The notes below the pieces were generated by a model. That model was not told where the DNA came from and did not search any database. It saw only the letters and a list, made by a program, of their open reading frames with translations. A program made the position numbers and the translations under genes. This document shows, in pieces, positions 50,903-64,000 of a stretch of DNA of 64,000 nucleotides (within the stretch, counting starts at the first letter, position 1; each line of letters starts with the position of its first letter). The DNA is from an uncultured delta proteobacterium (GTDB taxonomy: Bacteria; Myxococcota_A; Polyangia; Fen-1088): NCBI GenBank assembly GCA_963796685.1, contig CAWCMR010000025.1:2059623-2123622 (forward strand). The letters run 5' to 3'.

Positions 50903-51791
50903 ATGAGACGCTATTTCAATGTCGTCGTCGCTCTGGCCGTGCTTCTGCCGGCATGCGACGCGTTCGTGTGCAGCCAGAGCCGAATCAAGGCCATCGAGAT
51001 TGCCAACAAGGGCGTCGAGCACTTCACGAATCGCGCCTACGAGGCCGCGGAGCGGGACCTGCGGCTGGCCATCCAGACCGATCCGACTTACGAGAAGGCG
51101 TATTACAACCTGGGCAAGGTTTACCAGGCCCAGCGTAAGTGGGACAAGGCGGCCGATGCCTTCGAATCGGCGGTACAGCGCAGCCCGGACAACGCCAACT
51201 TCCACTACGATCTTGGCGAGGCCTACCTGGAAGCCAAGATGCTCGACAAGGCCGAGGGCGCGCTCAAGAAAGCCACCGAGCTCGAATCCGAAGCTCTTCA
51301 AGGCATTTTGGCGACTGGGCTTGGTGTACATGTACGAGGAGAAGCCCAAAGAGGCGGACGCGGCGTTGCGCCAGGCCATCGAGCTCAATCCGCGCATGGA
51401 CAAGCCCTTCGTCGCACTCGGGCAGCTCTACTTGAACTGGGACGCGGACAAGGAGGCGGTTCAGGTTTTCGGCGAGTGCGTGCGTGCCAATGAGAACAGC
51501 GCTGAATGTTACAACTTCTATGGCGTTGCCCTGAAGCAGGTCAAGCAATATGACCAAGCCGTGCGGGCCTTCAAGGAGGCTATCGACCTCGATCCCAATA
51601 TGTTCGAAGCGATCTACAACTGCGGCATGACCTATGCCGAGTGGTACGAGGAGTCCCACTCGAACGAGCACAAGACGCTCGCCCATGACTACTTGCAGAA
51701 ATACGTGGCCACGGGTGGTGGCAAGGATGGCGCAGAAGCCGGCTTCATCCGCGCGGCAAACGACAAGCTGTATGCTCTGAGCGGACCATAG
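50903..51791 (+). CDS. TPR lipoprotein; +1 frameshift near 51285
   Basis: LLPA-C lipobox; TPR motifs in both ORF 50903-51493 and ORF 50919-51791. Confidence 0.75.
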
Positions 51792-51793
51792 TA

Positions 51794-52450
51794 ATGGGAA
51801 CCCTGGGAGGGTTCCCAAACCCTCCCGCGCTCTGGCTTCGCCGGGCAAAGCCCGGCTACGCCAACGCGAGTTGATGGGAACCCTGGGAGGGTTCCCAAAC
51901 CCTCCCGCGCTCTGGCTTCGCCGGGCAAAGCCCGGCTACGCCAACGCGAGTTGATGGGAACCCTGGGAGGGTTCCCAAACCCTCCCGCGCTCTGGCTTCG
52001 CCGGGCAAAGCCCGGCTACGCCAACGCGAGTTGATGGGAACCCTGGGAGGGTTCCCAAACCCTCCCGCGCTCTGGCTTCGCCGGGCAAAGCCCGGCTACG
52101 CCAACGCGAGTTGATGGGAACCCTGGGAGGGTTCCCAAACCCTCCCGCGCTCTGGCTTCGCCGGGCAAAGCCCGGCTACGCCAACGCGAGTTGATGGGAA
52201 CCCTGGGAGGGTTCCCAAACCCTCCCGCGCTCTGGCTTCGCCGGGCAAAGCCCGGCTACGCCAACGCGAGTTGATGGGAACCCTGGGAGGGTTCCCAAAC
52301 CCTCCCGCGCTCTGGCTTCGCCGGGCAAAGCCCGGCTACGCCAACGCGAGTTGATGGGAACCCTGGGAGGGTTCCCAAACCCTCCCGCGCTCTGGCTTCG
52401 CCGGGCAAAGCCCGGCTACGCCAACGCGAGTTGATGGGAACCCTGGGAGG
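51794..52450. repeat. Perfect tandem array: 8 x 80 bp plus a 17-bp partial unit
   Basis: Unit ATGGGAACCCTGGGAGGGTTCCCAAACCCTCCCGCGCTCTGGCTTCGCCGGGCAAAGCCCGGCTACGCCAACGCGAGTTG. Confidence 0.95.
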
Positions 52451-53917
52451 CTCGGCACCTGCCTCCCACCCTGCCACCCCCGCGCTACGCGCGGCCTCGC
52501 CAAACCCTCCCGCGCTCTGGCGGAGCCGCGAGGGGCGCGTCCGAAGGACGCGAGGGGGAGGGCGTGGAGGTGTAGGTCCCGAAGCACCGACGAAGTCGGT
52601 GGGCAAAGCCCGGCTACGCCAACGCGAGTTGATGGGAACCCTGGGAGGGTTCCCAAACCCTCGCGCGCTCTGGCGGAGGCGCGAGGGGCGCGTCCGAAGG
52701 ACGCGAGGGGGAGGGCGTGGAGGTGTAGGTCCCGAAGCACCGACGAAGTCGGTGGGCAAAGCCCGGCTACGCCAACGCGAGTTGATGGGAACCCTGGGAG
52801 GCTCGGCACCTGCCTCCCACCCTGCCACCCCCGCGCTACGCGCGGCCTCGCCAAACCCTCGGCCCCTACCCGCCACCCTCCTCCCCGCTCGCTTCGCTCG
52901 GCCTCGCGCGCTCTGGCGGAGGCGCGAGGGGCGCGTCCGAAGGACGCGAGGGGGAGGGCGTGGAGGTGTAGGTCCCGAAGCACCGAGGAAGTCGGTGGCC
53001 AAAGCCCGGCTACGCCAACGCGAGTTGATGGGAACCCTGGGAGAGCGACAGCGCGGAAGGTACCAGAAAATGACACCTTTCCACGACGGACGCACGCATC
53101 CAATCGGAGCGATGACGGGTGGTCGTGGACGTAGACGGCTTACCGTGGCCGTGGCCGTGGCCGACGGCTATTACAACCGGCCACGACCGCGTCGCTTCAG
53201 GGGGGCCAACCCCTCGGCCCGCTACCCCCAACCCGCCACCCTCCTCCCCGCTCGCTTCGCTCGGCCTCGCGCGCTCTGGCGGAGGCGCGAGGGGCGCGTC
53301 CGAAGGACGCGAGGGGGAGGGCGTGGAGGTGTAGGTCCCGAAGCACCGAGGAAGTCGGTGGCCAAAGCCCGGCTACGCCAACGCGAGTTGATGGGAACCC
53401 TGGGAGAGCGACAGCGCGGAAGGTACCAGAAAATGACACCTTTCCACGACGGACGCACGCATCCAATCGGAGCGATGACGGGTGGTCGTGGACGTAGACG
53501 GCTTACCGTGGCCGTGGCCGTGGCCGACGGCTATTACAACCGGCCACGACCGCGTCGCTTCAGGGGGGCCAACCCCTCGGCCCGCTACCCCAACCCGCCA
53601 CCCTCCTCCCCGCTCGCTTCGCTCGGCCTCGCGCGCTCTGGCGGAGGCGCGAGGGGCGCGTCCGAAGGACGCGAGGGGGAGGGCGTGGAGGTGTAGGTCC
53701 CGAAGCACCGAGGAAGTCGGTGGCCAAAGCCCGGCTACGCCAACGCGAGTTGATGGGAACCCTGGGAGAGCGACAGCGCGGAAGGTACCAGAAAATGACA
53801 CCTTTCCACGACGGACGCACGCATCCAATCGGAGCGATGACGGGTGGTCGTGGACGTAGACGGCTTACCGTGGCCGTAGGCGTCCTCGCCGTCGTGGACG
53901 ACGGCTATTGCAACCGG
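52451..53917. repeat. Modular palindromic repeat region including ~3 x 362-363-bp units
   Basis: Units start at about 52868, 53231 and 53593; built from pieces of the 80-bp unit plus inserted hairpin modules. Confidence 0.9.
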
Positions 53918-54358
53918 GATCCAGGCCATCGGCCCGATGGCGGCATTGGGAGGGTTCGGCTGTGCCCTCGGCCTCCCCGCCACCCACCACCCCGCTCGCT
54001 TCGCTGGGCCTCACCTACCCTGGCTTGAGCGCAAAGCGCGGCCGAGGAGGGCTACCAACTTCGGCCGGCAAAGCAGCCACCAGCGGCGCTTTCGCTTCTG
54101 GTGCCTTTGCCATATCAAGGGTAATCTCGTGCCGGCCGGGAGACGGAGCTTCATGTCATGTTGGTCCCATTGGCCGCAAAATGTGCCTCTATCCTATTTC
54201 AAGCCTCGTCATCGCTCGGGCTTCATTCTCGTTGTTTGTATTCCGGAGCGCGTGATATAAAAACGCTCCATTTTCCGCGGTTTTAGCCCAATTCGGGCTG
54301 GAGACGACAGCCACCCGGCTCCGCTTCATTTTTGGCCCCATTCATTCCGGAGGAACAC

Positions 54359-64000
<9,642 letters not shown>

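Noticed and set aside
52256-53859. ORFs inside the repeat block (e.g. 52431-53696, 421 aa)
   Set aside because: Translations of GC-rich repeats with no RBS or domain motifs
51794-53917. CRISPR array
   Set aside because: Units are identical end to end with no unique spacers, are 80-363 bp long, and no cas genes are present

Overview
High-GC DNA from a Myxococcota-like deltaproteobacterium, inferred from a near-complete adventurous-gliding (Glt) gene set. The backbone carries housekeeping genes (gltX, prmC, hemL, gyrA, coaX, nadA, rpsP-khpA-rimM-trmD-rplS, yraN) and a fused gliding locus (cglC/gltK divergent from gltC-gltD-gltE-gltF-gltG-TPR, then a giant gltI/agmK-like TPR gene running off the right end). 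Accessory content includes vapBC and relBE modules, a nucleotidyltransferase, a ~1,880-aa Ig-repeat lipoprotein, and a 20.3-25.9 kb defence/TA island (AAA_14-DUF4143 ATPase, AbiEi/AbiEii, RES-Xre). The island is punctuated by a co-oriented GGTGCCAGAGACC(TATTGG) motif and two remnants of a RAYT-like transposase 5' end. A PIN toxin gene in it is split into two permuted pieces bounded by a 13-17-bp direct repeat. Other notable items are a structured ~115-nt leader right after a near-consensus sigma70 promoter of the gliding operon, a 2.1-kb modular palindromic repeat block (8 x 80 bp plus ~3 x 363 bp) with a ~150-bp submodule also found at 35 kb, and GTAG-type REPs. About 11 single-base frameshifts are probably long-read errors, and many sit at AGCT/GATC sites. 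All calls come from reading motifs by eye; no database searches were run.
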